NCBI GenBank assembly: GCA_043228905.1
Contig: JBHGNT010000018.1
Span: 248,001-312,000, forward strand
Length of the DNA stretch: 64,000 nucleotides
Direction: 5' to 3'
Source of the DNA: Azolla caroliniana
Taxonomy: Eukaryota > Plantae > Polypodiophyta
Below, piece after piece: positions 12,953 through 24,876 of the stretch; position 1 is the stretch's first letter, and every line of letters starts with the position of its first letter. The position numbers were made by a program, and so were the translations under genes. The notes under the pieces were generated by a model. It did no database searches, was not told the origin of the DNA, and was given only the letters and a program-made list of their open reading frames with translations.

Positions 12953-14385
12953 ATGGCCAGCTTCTGGAAGAGCAAAGTGGTACCCAAGTTCAAGAAGTTG
13001 TTTGACAAATCCAGAGCCAAGAAGCAAGGTGCAGAGGTTTGCAAGGCATTCAATGACTCAAAGGTAATATATCATGAATATTCGTTTTCACCAAAACCCT
13101 GAATAATTCTACTCAACGAAAATGTGCTTATGGATCAAAGTTTTGCTAACCTTTAGCAACACAACCCCCCTAGGGATTCATGGTGTGTTAGATGAAGGCT
13201 GTCGGATCGATATGACATTAATGTTAATCTGAAAGTATTGATCATGTTCGTTTTGTAGGTCTTCTTGGACCAGGAGATTGAATCGAAAAGTTCCGATCTC
13301 AGCGCCAAAGTTGTGGAGATTTATAGATCCTCTACCTACATCTCTAAGGTAATTGCTAGCTGTAAACCATTGTAAATGCTATTGCAATCCATCTGGTTGT
13401 CGTTTCAGTAGTTTAAATGGGGTCATCAATAATCGATCGATCTCTTTTCTACCCTCATATTAAAATGCATTATGGCAAAGAAATTTAAAGAAAATGTTGT
13501 TGTTATGGCATTATTCGTGTAGAAATTGCTGAAGGAGCCTGACGAAGCTGCCGTGAAAAAGAACCCAGAGGCAGTGCAAAGTGTGCTTCTAGATCTTGTC
13601 AATGAAGGTATATATATATATATATTAGTTACTTGATTGATCTTTTAACCATAGTAGAGCGTTACATATTGATAATGGTCATTGCTGATGCTGTAACACT
13701 GATCTTCAATGATGCTATTATGCACAAATCATAAATTATTGTGGTTAATGAATTGGTGGTAATTGTATTAAGATTAATGATCTGTTGGCTTTGATTTGTA
13801 AAACATTTAGGGTTTCCGGGAACCCAAGAAATATATGAAGCAGGATCAAAGCTGGGCCCCGGATTGGTATCAGGCCCAGTGGTGTACTTGTTCAAGAAAG
13901 CATCAGTATATCTGGAAGACGAGCCATTGCCATCTCCACCTCTTATTGTTGCTGTTGAAGGAGAAGAAAAGGAAAAGGAAAAGGAAGAAGAAGAAGGAGA
14001 AAAGAAAAAGGAAGGAGGAGGAGAAGGAGAAGAAGAAGAAGAAGAAAAGAAGAAGGAAGAAGGACCTGTGGATGCAGCCATAATTGTGAAGGAAGAAATC
14101 TCTACTATTACTGCTACTGTGGATGGAGAAGCGGTGAAAATATCCGAAGAGGAATCTGAATCGATCGTCGCTATAATACATGATAAGGAAGAAGCCGGAC
14201 ATTCATTGGCTCCTGAAACGGCGGCGATCGAGACCCGTGAGATCGGCAATGGTACCGAGACCATTCCTTCTCCTCCGAAAGAAGAAGAGAAAGGAGATTC
14301 AGAGAAGAAAGAGAGTATAGTTATCGAAGATCCAGAGAAGAAGGACGCTAAAGTGGCTGCAGAAACACCTCCATCCGCCCCTTAA
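12953..14385 (+). CDS. PCaP1-like: DREPP / plasma-membrane-associated cation-binding protein (PCaP1/MDP25-like), ~286 aa; exons 12953-13063, 13259-13348, 13523-13607, 13811-14385
   Basis: The spliced product MASFWKSKVVPKFKKLFDK...FNDSK|VFLDQEIESKSSDLSAKVVEIY...|KLLKEPDEAAVKKNPEAVQ...|GFPGTQEIYEAGSKLGPGLVSGPVVYLFKKASVYL matches the DREPP domain (WxSKVVPKFKKLF, KVVE, KKN, FPG, GPV), followed by an E/K/P-rich tail. All introns are GT-AG with consistent phases. Confidence 0.92.
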
Positions 14386-15484
14386 ATCCACTCATACCTT
14401 TTTTTTAGCTTTTGTTCTTGCGTTTGGATCTGGTCCTCTCAGACTTTGCACTTTGCTCTTCTTTTGGGTCTTGTTGGCTTCATTCTTGCGTTTGGGTCTT
14501 TGCTGCGATTTGCCTGTTTTGGGTCTCTTGCTTTCTGCGTTTTGATCCCCATTTTGAGTGCATTAGATACATAGTTAATAGCCTGCAAAAGATTGTCGAT
14601 CTCTCTCTCTCTCTCTCTCTCCCCCCAATCTTTTATTCATTATTTCATTCTTTAATGTGTTGGAAACAAATTAAAGCTCCTTCCATATTCCTCTCCTCTC
14701 CATGTCTGTATTCCTATTCCTGTAAGCGATCCATTTCCACATGATTTTTTTGTTTTAGCCTACTAAGCTATGATTCTGATCAATTACTTACCTACTCTAT
14801 GTGCCAAATAAACAAATCTTTCTCAATGATCTCAAATAACAATCCATGATTCGTTCATTTTGATGAAGTCTTGTCTATTATATTATAATTATGTTCCTCA
14901 CATTTTGTGGTGGTGTTGGATATATGTAAAATTGGCGGAAGTGTTCAATATGTTTTGATAATATCTCCCATATTTGAAAGTGGCTAAAAAGTAAATCCGA
15001 AGCCTTAAAAAAGAGTACATATGAACGAGGTTATGCCACTAATACTATATATAGATAGCCTCCAGTTTGAATTGGGGAATAATTTCTCCAATTTTTGTTT
15101 TGAAGTTTCGCGAAATTTTATCTAAACTTTGTCGATGCACTTAAATAATGGATGTCTCCACGATATGGGAGTGACGTTTTCTTTTAGAAAATCAGAAACT
15201 GCTCATGATTAGAGGTAATTTCAAACTGTTAATTTTCCTAGGAGTTGCTAAACGGCTTGTTTATAGACTTAACGCAGATGGGCATGATATTTGTGTTAAG
15301 ATATTTATGCAGTTAGATGTGTAATATGTATGTTTATATAATTATAGGTCATAATTATGATCTCTGTCTCTTCATAAGAAAGTGGGGATTTCTGCACCAA
15401 GAAAATGTGATGGGTGAAACCATTATAACTAATTCAACAAATTTATAAGACTTGAAATTACAAATTTATATGAAGAGGGGGAAA

Positions 15485-18400
15485 TCAATGGAAAAGTTGC
15501 CTCTTGGTGAAAGAAGAAGAAGAAGAAGAAAAAGAAAGGGAAGACATGAGACCAAGGTCTCTCAAGATATGATCAATGAGATCCTTGAAGATCAATCGCT
15601 CGATATCACGGCTTATCTTGGCTTTCTCGGCATCGAGCTCCTCAATATGACACCAATCCCCGCCGGATAGGCCAGCCGCTTGGCTGTCTCTCAATATGTC
15701 CGCCTCGATTAGACGCCCCACATGATCATCAATACCATCTCTACTAAACTTGGCATCAGAAGCTTCATTCTCATTGAGGATGCAGTCCTTGGCAGTTTTG
15801 TTAGTAGAGGAAACCTCTTCCCACACCTCCTTCACTAGAACCTTGGCCCCTTCTTTGCTTAAGCACACATTGTTGTGCTCATCAAGGCCTTGTATGAAGA
15901 AAGGGTTCAAGACATGAGAGCATCCTAGGAGCCTCTTGTTGATGTTGTGGTCGCGAGCGAGAATCCATGGATGATGTTGTAGGACTAACCATTTATTCAC
16001 TCGGCTTCTCAACCTCGAGTCCACGAGATCGAACAAAAGCTTCCGCCTCTGGTACATGCATGAATCGCTCCCTGACTCCTTCGATTTGATCGATGATGAT
16101 GATGATGCCATAAATTTATTATTCTCTGCCTCTAACATGGCAAAAAGTTGTGACTGCAATGGTGCTAATTTGCATGTGTTGTTAATAATCATCATATTAG
16201 TACCATCATGTAATGCTTCTTTATCTTTAACCCCAATGTCTGATGCTCCTACGAGTGTAATCGATCTTCGTAAGAGTTCTTTTACATACTCGAAATCATT
16301 GTCGATGGTGTCCATGGACGACGGGGCCTCGAATGCATCTTGTATTCCAAGTTGTGAAACACATTCAGCCTCCACTAGGTTCACGCCTTCTTCGCTAGTT
16401 CTAGCATCACCGCATTGAATATCTACAAAAAGAATCGATTCACCATCCACATGATCAGATCGTTTCGTTGAATATATGTACCAATAATCTAAGATATTTA
16501 AGACTTTCCATAGCTTAACATTCCTGTAAATAAATATCAACCACATTTGGTTTTCCTTAAGTGATCTAGTGCAACCCTAAGGATTAATTGTTGTTAATCT
16601 TAGTCAGATCAATTCCCTGAACCTAATCGTTTCCAGCATGAAAAGGAAACTTGCAGTTGGAGGTGGAGCAGCACGAGACAAGTCTTTATTGTCTTCACAT
16701 TAATGCCTCCATGGATACAATCTCTCAGATGGAAGACATGACCAATGAATTTAGTGGGCTTTTTTTCTTTTAACCACATCAAGAGTAAACCGTGTCTAAA
16801 TATTACAAATCAAGAACCTAGAAAACGTTCATAATTGAAATTATACATACCTTCTTCAAATCGAAGCATGAGTTTAGTTGATGCCTTGGCTAGCGGTGGA
16901 GAAGAAATCTCTGATTCTTCCTGATAAAACGGCCCATCCAGAACCGAAATCGGACTGGGTTGCTCACAGTACAAGCCTGTTGTGGACTTGTCTCCTTGCG
17001 AATCAGTGTCATCACTCTACCGGGACACAATACAATGAACATTTATCAGAACATATCATTGGTATTCGACTCTGGAATTAACCTTTAACATACGTAAATA
17101 TGTAAAAGACTGGAAAAAATATTCAATGTTGAAGTTTGCAGTTACCTCCTTTGATTCTAGCCATTTAGAGGCTCCACTTTGGCTAGCATATTGCTCATAT
17201 GGGTTAGTTGCCGATCGATGCGGCTCGCAATAGATGCTTGTGTGGTTGATTAAATTGTTCTTATCACACTGTAATTGGGTGGTTAATGCAATTTGATTTG
17301 CCTCAACATGATCTAGAAGCTCACTCAACTTATTATTACTACCATTACTTTGATCTTCAGAATCATGAGTGGAGGTGGAGTGATCATTTGGTGTTTTCCT
17401 GGCAATGTGAAGCTTTTCGATGTCTTCTCGGCAACACGGAGAGGAAGACAATCCTTCAAACTTCAGGTTGCATTTGGCGACTGATGATCTCGGATAACTA
17501 TAACCCGACCGAGTTTGTCCATGACTAGAGCTTCTAGTAGTAGTAGTACTCCTTTGCACGCCCGACCTTATACCCTCCGAATTAGGCCTGAAAGCTAGTC
17601 GAGAATTTGGCCGGGCACAATCTGATGTATTGCGGCCAGATGCATTACTAACCCCTAGTAGTCCCCTAGTAGAGTTAGTAGTTGTGCAGCTACTAGCAAC
17701 ATTTCGAGGGATCTCGCTAGCTTTCATACACTTGTCTCTATTCACAATCAAGCTTGTGCCTTTCATCATCATCTTCTTCTTGGTATGAGCCACAACTCTC
17801 TCATGACATAGCCGCATCCGCATCTTTTCCCGCTCTCCAGTCCCAGCATTGGCTCTGATTTGGTGGTTAGTCCGGCTGCTTCTCGGTGCTCGACCATCAT
17901 GCCACGAGCTTTGCATACTAGTGTTTATATGCTGGTTTGGGCCATTCATTAACGCAGCCAATTCTTTGGCCTCACATACTGATGATTCGGATGCCGCCTC
18001 CTCCGAACAGCTCTCAGTACAGCTACTGCCACTCTGCCATGTAGTCACTGCAGGCCGCCTCCGAGATCTAGTAGGAGTCCGTTGAGAAGATTGTATACCA
18101 CTTCTATAAGCATCATCACTGTGAATTTGGCTTGGCATATGCACATTACCATGATCAGCAGCTTTCTTTGATCTTGGTGAGGTTCTAATTGAGCTCTTCC
18201 TGCATGAAGAATTTTGTAACGGTGGTGTTGTAGTAGCACTACTACCTTCTCTCGAATGTCTCGATACCCGATTATACTCTGGCGAGCATTCTAGTATTGA
18301 TCTATTTGCAATAGCCACAAAAGTACGGGAATTGCTTACGCTCGTGGTGCGCCGGATATCGTCCATATCCATAGTGCCCAGAAGTTGCTTCAATGCTTCC

Positions 18401-20059
18401 AAATCATCACAGCATTCCCCCATTGTGTTTTTCTCGACCAGAAACTGGCGCTGGAACCACGTGTGATTCATCGAATCGTTTCTTCGTGCTTCTTCTTCGG
18501 CTAGGAGATGTACATTTGCAGCCGAAGAGAGCATATATTCGGCCGGATCAGTGGAATTATATTGACAATGATGATTCTTCTTGGGTATAAGTTGGTTAAG
18601 TAAGGGAGTTTTTCCATGGTTAATAGGGTTATTCAAACATGTGCTGGACACCAATACATCCCCATCATCATCATCATCATCAAGACCCATCAATTTGGCT
18701 ACTACATTGGAGCTAAATGAGCTCCTCTTCGGCTCTTGATTGTTAATTGTATTAGACCCATGATCTCCGTCATTATCATCCCAATTATGATCCATAATAA
18801 TGCTATAAGCACAAGGGACTGTCCTGGATGTAGACGTAGCAGAAGCAGGACCCGTCTTAGAATTATTATTATTATTATTATTATTATTGTGATTAAATGA
18901 ATGCATGCGTTGAGCTAAAGGGCTTGACCCATTGATGGTGGCAACAGATCGATTAATATAGGAAGCATTGTATCGAGCTGATCCTCTGCTACCATCTAGT
19001 GATAATCTATGCATTTCCTTCAAATCATTTCTTCCTGCGTTACACAGTTGACGAAGAGGCGAATCATTACATTGGGTAGTCTCAGAACAATAATGTGATG
19101 GCTCGTATGAGCTCTTCCGGGAAGTAGCAGTGGCCGACGATGGAAGCTCGAACTCGACTAGTTCGGATGGGCGAATATGGATCAAGGAGAATTTGGTTTT
19201 AGGATCGATCAATGGATCTTGGGCGTTGAAAGGAGCATTGCTGATATTGAGGTTAGCGGAATTAGATCGGCTCATGATGATGGGGCTGGGGGCGGGTGGA
19301 TCACTTAGAGCCTCAATTATATATTCATGGAATTTGTTGCTGGAATGTATAGGTCCACTACAATTAGACGTACTAGATGCAATATAACTGGCAGAGATAT
19401 TAGTATCGGAGTGCTGATGATCACCCATGGCGCTTCTCTCTTCATGATCATCATTATTAGCATCATTAGTCACTGACGACATAGGAGGAGGAGGAGGAGG
19501 AAAAGGATTAGGATCAGGATCAAGATCAGGAGAGGTAATATGATTCTTGACATTGCACTTGTGGCCACTAAATTTACTACTGTTTACGCCTGTAAGTAAA
19601 GTTCAAAGAGCATGCATGAATCAGAAGAAAGTGAAGATAAAAATCGGCTACATTTTTAATTAACCAAAAAATCATCTAAATTTGCTAAGTGAGTTAGCCA
19701 TGATTAATTATAGGAAGCCAGAATTAATTGGTTTTCTTTCTTTCTTTCTTTCTTTCTTTCCAACCTGCTGCTGCCATGTTGATAATGTGGATATTGCGCC
19801 GAATGTGGCCGAGGAAGCGGCGGGTCCTGCGGCCCGACCCCGACAGGATGCGGTGGACATCGAAGATCTGGAGAATGCCGGCCATGCATCCCATACCACT
19901 ACCACTACCACTACCACTACTTCTATTATTAGTGTTAATGAGGAACTTAGGATCATCATCAGGACCATGACCATACAGTAGTGTTGCTGCAGCCCCACCA
20001 CCCGCCTTGGCGTTGGCCTGGCGCTGGCCGATTAACGTAATGTCGGGATCTGAAGACAT
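15485..20059 (-). CDS. TRM/LNG-like: TON1-recruiting motif (TRM)/LONGIFOLIA-like protein, ~1280 aa; exons 20059-19765, 19589-17146, 17016-16851, 16422-15485
   Basis: Motifs in family order: GCMAGILQIFDVH, SNVVAKLMGLD (VARLMGL motif), EQPSPISVLD, RRKLLFDLVD and C-terminal DIERLIFKDLIDHIL (DUF4378). GT-AG introns keep the frame open across all four exons. Confidence 0.9.
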
Positions 20060-20650
20060 GGCCACCACAGAAGTGAATGGATGGGAAGGGATTGATCACC
20101 ACCAGCATGCAGCAGCAGCAGCAGCAGCAGGCCCCATCTAACCTAATCCAATCCAATCCAGTCCAATCCAATACAATCCGTTCAGTTAGACAGATTTTGT
20201 ACACAGACAGACAGGCTCTAATTTTTCTGGTACTTAAGTAATTAGTATATGCATGTATATATAGAATTTATTGAATGATTAATTTAGAATTTGGGAATGG
20301 GGGTTGGTTTGGGGTTTTGGTTTTGGTTTTGGTGAGTAAGTAAGTAAGTAAGTAGCAGAGTTCCGAATTCCCATGAGAATATATAAATTTAAATGAATAT
20401 GTATGTACATAAATTAGAATTTGCTGTTGTTGGTGTCGAGATAGATAACCGGCGGTAATGATGATAGTAGTGTAGTAGTAGTAGTAGTAGTATAGTTATT
20501 TATGGCAGCAGATTGTGTGGGTGTGTGCAAAATGTGTGTATATATATATTCATTCTCCTCCACTTGTTTTACTATTTTCTCTACTATTTCTTGTTAACTT
20601 AATGCGGTCACTCCTAAACAGATGGCATTGATTTAAATACTCTATTCACT

Positions 20651-20704
<54 letters not shown>

Positions 20705-21450
20705 CGTGTTACAGTACAACTTAAAAGCCAATTATTAGATCTGTATATGTATTATCATATCATCATCATTTCATTCGCTAGTATGGCCGCTACAGAGACA
20801 CACAGAAAAAGAGAGAGAAAGAGAGAGAAAGATATATTAACGTCTGTCTTCTAAGACCAAAATTGGCCCATGAGACAATTGGTTTACGATAAAAAAATTG
20901 GGGTATTTACCCATTCATTCATCGAGTAGAGTAGAGTAGAGTAGAGTAGAGGAGGAAAGCCCGAAGGAAGGAGCAATAGAATTAATTGAATGCCATACAC
21001 ATACATACATACATACACACATACATACATACATACATACATACACACATACTAAATACATACATGCATGCATGCATCCATTTTACGTGTAAGTAAGTGT
21101 GTGTACGATTGTGCATGCATTCCTGATGTGCCATCATCATCATCTCATTCCTTCCTCTCCACATATCATCATCATCTCATTCCTCTCTCTCTCTCTCTCT
21201 CTCTCTCTCCTTACTAGAAGTAGTAGTAGTAGTAGTAGTAGCACCACGTGTCGTTGGTTAGGGTTGGGGCTGTTGGAGTTGTTGGGGTTGTTTTTTTAAA
21301 AAGGGGGGTGGGGGGTGGGGAGGGGCTTGTCGGAGAAGCTACGTTTTTCTCTTTTCTACTTCTACGCTAACAACAACTACCTAACTAACTAACTAACTAA
21401 CTAGCTAAACTCCACTCCACTCCACTCCCTCCCTCTTTTTCCCTTCCCTT
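20651..21450. repeat. Microsatellite-dense upstream region of the TRM gene: (GT)n, (GAGTA)n, (TACA)n, (TC)n, (AGT)n, (CTAA)n
   Basis: Simple repeats visible directly in the sequence. Confidence 0.85.
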
Positions 21451-22102
21451 CATCCCCAAATGGTTGTCTTAAGTTAAGTTGGGTTTGGTTGGTGCTCCAA
21501 ACTTGGTGATGTGTCCACTTTGGTCTTCCAAAACGTTAATTATATATCTTGACTTCTTTTCCTATATCGTATGATGTATCTACCACCCACGTGTCACCCG
21601 AGGCCTTACTCTTTTTACTACCATCACCGTCGTCGACACGTGACCATCTTCAAACTTACCATCTTATAGCTTCCATATCCCTTACATCTCACCATATATT
21701 TCTCTCACTTCCTTTCTTAAACTAGTACATAATACCTCACCATCATGTCGAACTTACAACCAGGCTCACAGTCTTTCGGACAATCAATGTGATCATTTCA
21801 ACTCAACAATTCGCCCCCAAATTATGTCTCAACATAATTATTGCCTAAAAAGAAACAAGCATTCATATATCTCATCATTTTTGCTTCTACATTGATCCTA
21901 ATGTTTATGACCAAGCATCAATACGGCCAGTCTTTGGAACAAAGATACATTTACCTCCTTCCTATCAACATATAACACATCACTTCTTCTTGTTGTCTCT
22001 CTAATATCCCCCCCCCCCTCTTGGTGGTTGCACCTTTAAATTTGTTATTGAGTGAATAGGTGAACATATAATATGACACACACAATTATCTGTAGTATTT
22101 GT

Positions 22103-22145
<43 letters not shown>

Positions 22146-22372
22146 CAAGGAAAGCAAGATGAAACAATCATATCTCCAAAAGCGAAACCGACCACCGAGA
22201 CCCAAAGTTACAACCATCATTATGTTACTTGCAACATCATCTTGTAGTGGTACAAGATGATGATGCCATATGCAAATAGGAGTTATTAAGTGGCGTAACG
22301 TGAGAAGGAGATAAGAATGCATTGAGACTAGCGTCAAGGGACAACTGTTGGGAGCACTAATATTATGGGGTG

Positions 22373-22780
22373 GTGTAGAATTATCATCATTATTATACAA
22401 GAATACAACATGAGTGAAATGTATGTCATCCCATGAACTCGATGTCATTTATTTGTGTTAGATGACATCACTATCCATGAGTGTACCCTCATGAGGAGCC
22501 CATCCATGTGAATACGGCTTGAAGTGTTGGGCTAGACTAACATGGGACAATGTGGGACAATTTTTTAAATTAGGTCGTGTAGAATTATCATCATCAATAT
22601 AGAAGTATACAACACGAGTTAAATGTATGTCATCCCATGAACTCGATGTCATTGATTTGCGTTGGATGGCATCACTATCCACGAGTGTACCCTCATGAGG
22701 AGTCCATCCATGTGAATACGGATTGAGTGTTGGCCCAGACTAACATGGGATGTTTGTTTGCCAATGTGGGACAATATTTT
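22373..22780. repeat. Diverged tandem duplication, ~204-bp period, 2 copies
   Basis: GTGTAGAATTATCATCAT...ATGTATGTCATCCCATGAACTCGATGTCATT...GAGTGTACCCTCATGAGGAG occurs at 22373 and 22577. Confidence 0.85.
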
Positions 22781-24016
22781 TAGATGCAAATATAGTAGAT
22801 CAAACTCCTAAGGTTTGAACATTTTCAATATATCAAGTTTTCATGCAATTTTTGGACTTGATGTGAGGCATGCACTCAAAATATTTGGACTGTTTACATT
22901 TATTTTCTAGACACTCCACTAACCTCTTCATATATTTGCAATAATCTATAAATGGCCTTTTTTCCTTATTTGGGTACAATTTCACTGGGTTCTAAAGGTT
23001 CGATGGCCTCTTACAATACCTAAGTTTAATAATCCCTCATTACTCCCTCTCCACCTCCCCCACCAACCCAACACAAGCTAGGAGATGTTTCCATTGGCAA
23101 TTGAGTTCCTCTTTAAATAAGACAATAGGATTATTTCATATGCCTCATGCATGATCTGATGTGTTTGTGTCCTCCATGACTCGTGCATACGTAAACATTT
23201 AGAGAACACATTAATGCAACATCTTCTTATCACTTACTATATGAAGTGCTTTGTCACCGATTTTCTTTGAGAGTATTTAAATGAAATTACCTTATATGTA
23301 CTTTATTTCAGTTCTTAATATCTGTTTATCAACAAAACTACACTAACATAATGTATACTTTCTTGAATGCACGTATATTTTCCATACTAACATGTGAAGT
23401 TGTGAAATGGGAACTTTGGCAATTGTTTGAAGCACATTTGGACTTGTGAGGCACAAAAACATCCTACAAATTTGAACCTTTAACTTCACAAAAAGGCCTA
23501 AACAAAAACAATTCACAAGTACTTTTTGCTACAAAGATGTTTCTTGTGTTGAAAAATGTTTTGTTCTACCATTTGATTATGTCTCTCTAGTGAATATATG
23601 GATTGACACCAAGAATAATGAATGTCTTAACTTACTATCAACATTAGTAGAAATGACATGCCACTATATTTTTCCAAGAGGTGGTTACAATGTGGGATAT
23701 TTCAAAACTTAATGTTGCCTATTAATTCTTTAATGCATGTTGGCCCTACTACATTGGATAGAAAAAGGGTTGAACACTTCATTAATGCATTTTTCCTTTT
23801 AACACCTTAATATGTATATGTGGCATACAAGTGGATGCATTTCTACATGGGTAATGTCTTCAAAAACTCAAAACACAATCTAAAATGGGTACATTTACAA
23901 TTTCATTGCCATGTGCTCATCGCTTTACTAATTTAGAACACCTTACCTAGAGGAAGCTTGATCCAGTCGTAGTTGATTGTGAGTGTGTGTCTGTGTCTGT
24001 GTGTCTGTGTCTGTGT

Positions 24017-24070
<54 letters not shown>

Positions 24071-24123
24071 TTCAGACGTACATTGAGATGCATCAACACA
24101 CATGTTACATCACCCATAAGTAA

Positions 24124-24335
24124 TCATGGACGGCCTACACATAGGGTTTGAAGGAGTGAGCCCCATAATGCAATACGTTGAGTGGCTTGGTTAGGGGCAT
24201 AAATCCCAACCACCCACACAACATGGCTAAGAAAAGTAATTTCTATAACCAAAAACCGACCATAAGAATCATTATGCACCACTTGAGGATAATATTTATT
24301 CCCCACGATTGATACCATACATGAATAATGATTAC
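24124..24335 (-). mobile_element. L1/Tx1-type LINE endonuclease fragment
   Basis: DSYGRFLVIEITFLSHVVWVVGIYAPNQATQRIALW resembles the AP-endonuclease GR...(N)IYAPN...R..LW segment. Confidence 0.65.
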
Positions 24336-24336
24336 T

Positions 24337-24395
24337 AAACACTACTTACAATGGGTGACCATACTCCATTTTGACACCCATTGTAAGTAGTGTTT
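24337..24395. repeat. Perfect 21-bp inverted repeat with a 17-nt loop, enclosing CACTA...TAGTG
   Basis: AAACACTACTTACAATGGGTG (24337-24357) and CACCCATTGTAAGTAGTGTTT (24375-24395). Confidence 0.85.
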
Positions 24396-24429
24396 TTCGC
24401 ACACATTTATTAATATAATTGTATGTTTT

Positions 24430-24479
<50 letters not shown>

Positions 24480-24482
<3 letters not shown>

Positions 24483-24730
24483 CACAAATGCCTCATTTTC
24501 AAATTATTTTTGAGTTCTTGAGGTATTGGGGATTATGGTTCAATTGGAATATGCGAAATGCCTTCACTTTTGATTTGCAAGTTGGGGTGAGAAAATATGT
24601 TCTAAAGTTAAAAGGACTTCCTTTGTGGCAATTGAAAGTGCTAGACAAGTCACGAAATCTCAACCATGAAGAGAGAGAACTCTACAAGGTCGCATATCAT
24701 CATATTCGCCATTTGAATTGGTGTGTAGGG
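24480..24730 (+). mobile_element. L1-type LINE ORF2 C-terminal remnant
   Basis: FLRYWGLWFNWNMRNAFTFD matches the L1 C-terminal WxxWxxRN motif. Confidence 0.5.
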
Positions 24731-24845
24731 TGGCATTGAGTTTGGAGTTGTAGTAGTCTTTAGATCCCATAGATAGAAGGGGTTCTATACTTTGTAGTAA
24801 GTTAGTCATGGTGGTGTATTTTCTTTCGTAATGAAAGCCATTATT

Positions 24846-24876
<31 letters not shown>

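Noticed and set aside
13662-14264. 200-aa minus-strand ORF rich in S and F
   Set aside because: Antisense shadow of the GAA-rich PCaP-like tail.
16423-16546. N-terminal part of the 353-aa ORF as an independent gene start
   Set aside because: It is intron sequence; the TTTGTAG acceptor at 16423-16424 joins this exon in phase to the upstream TRM exons.
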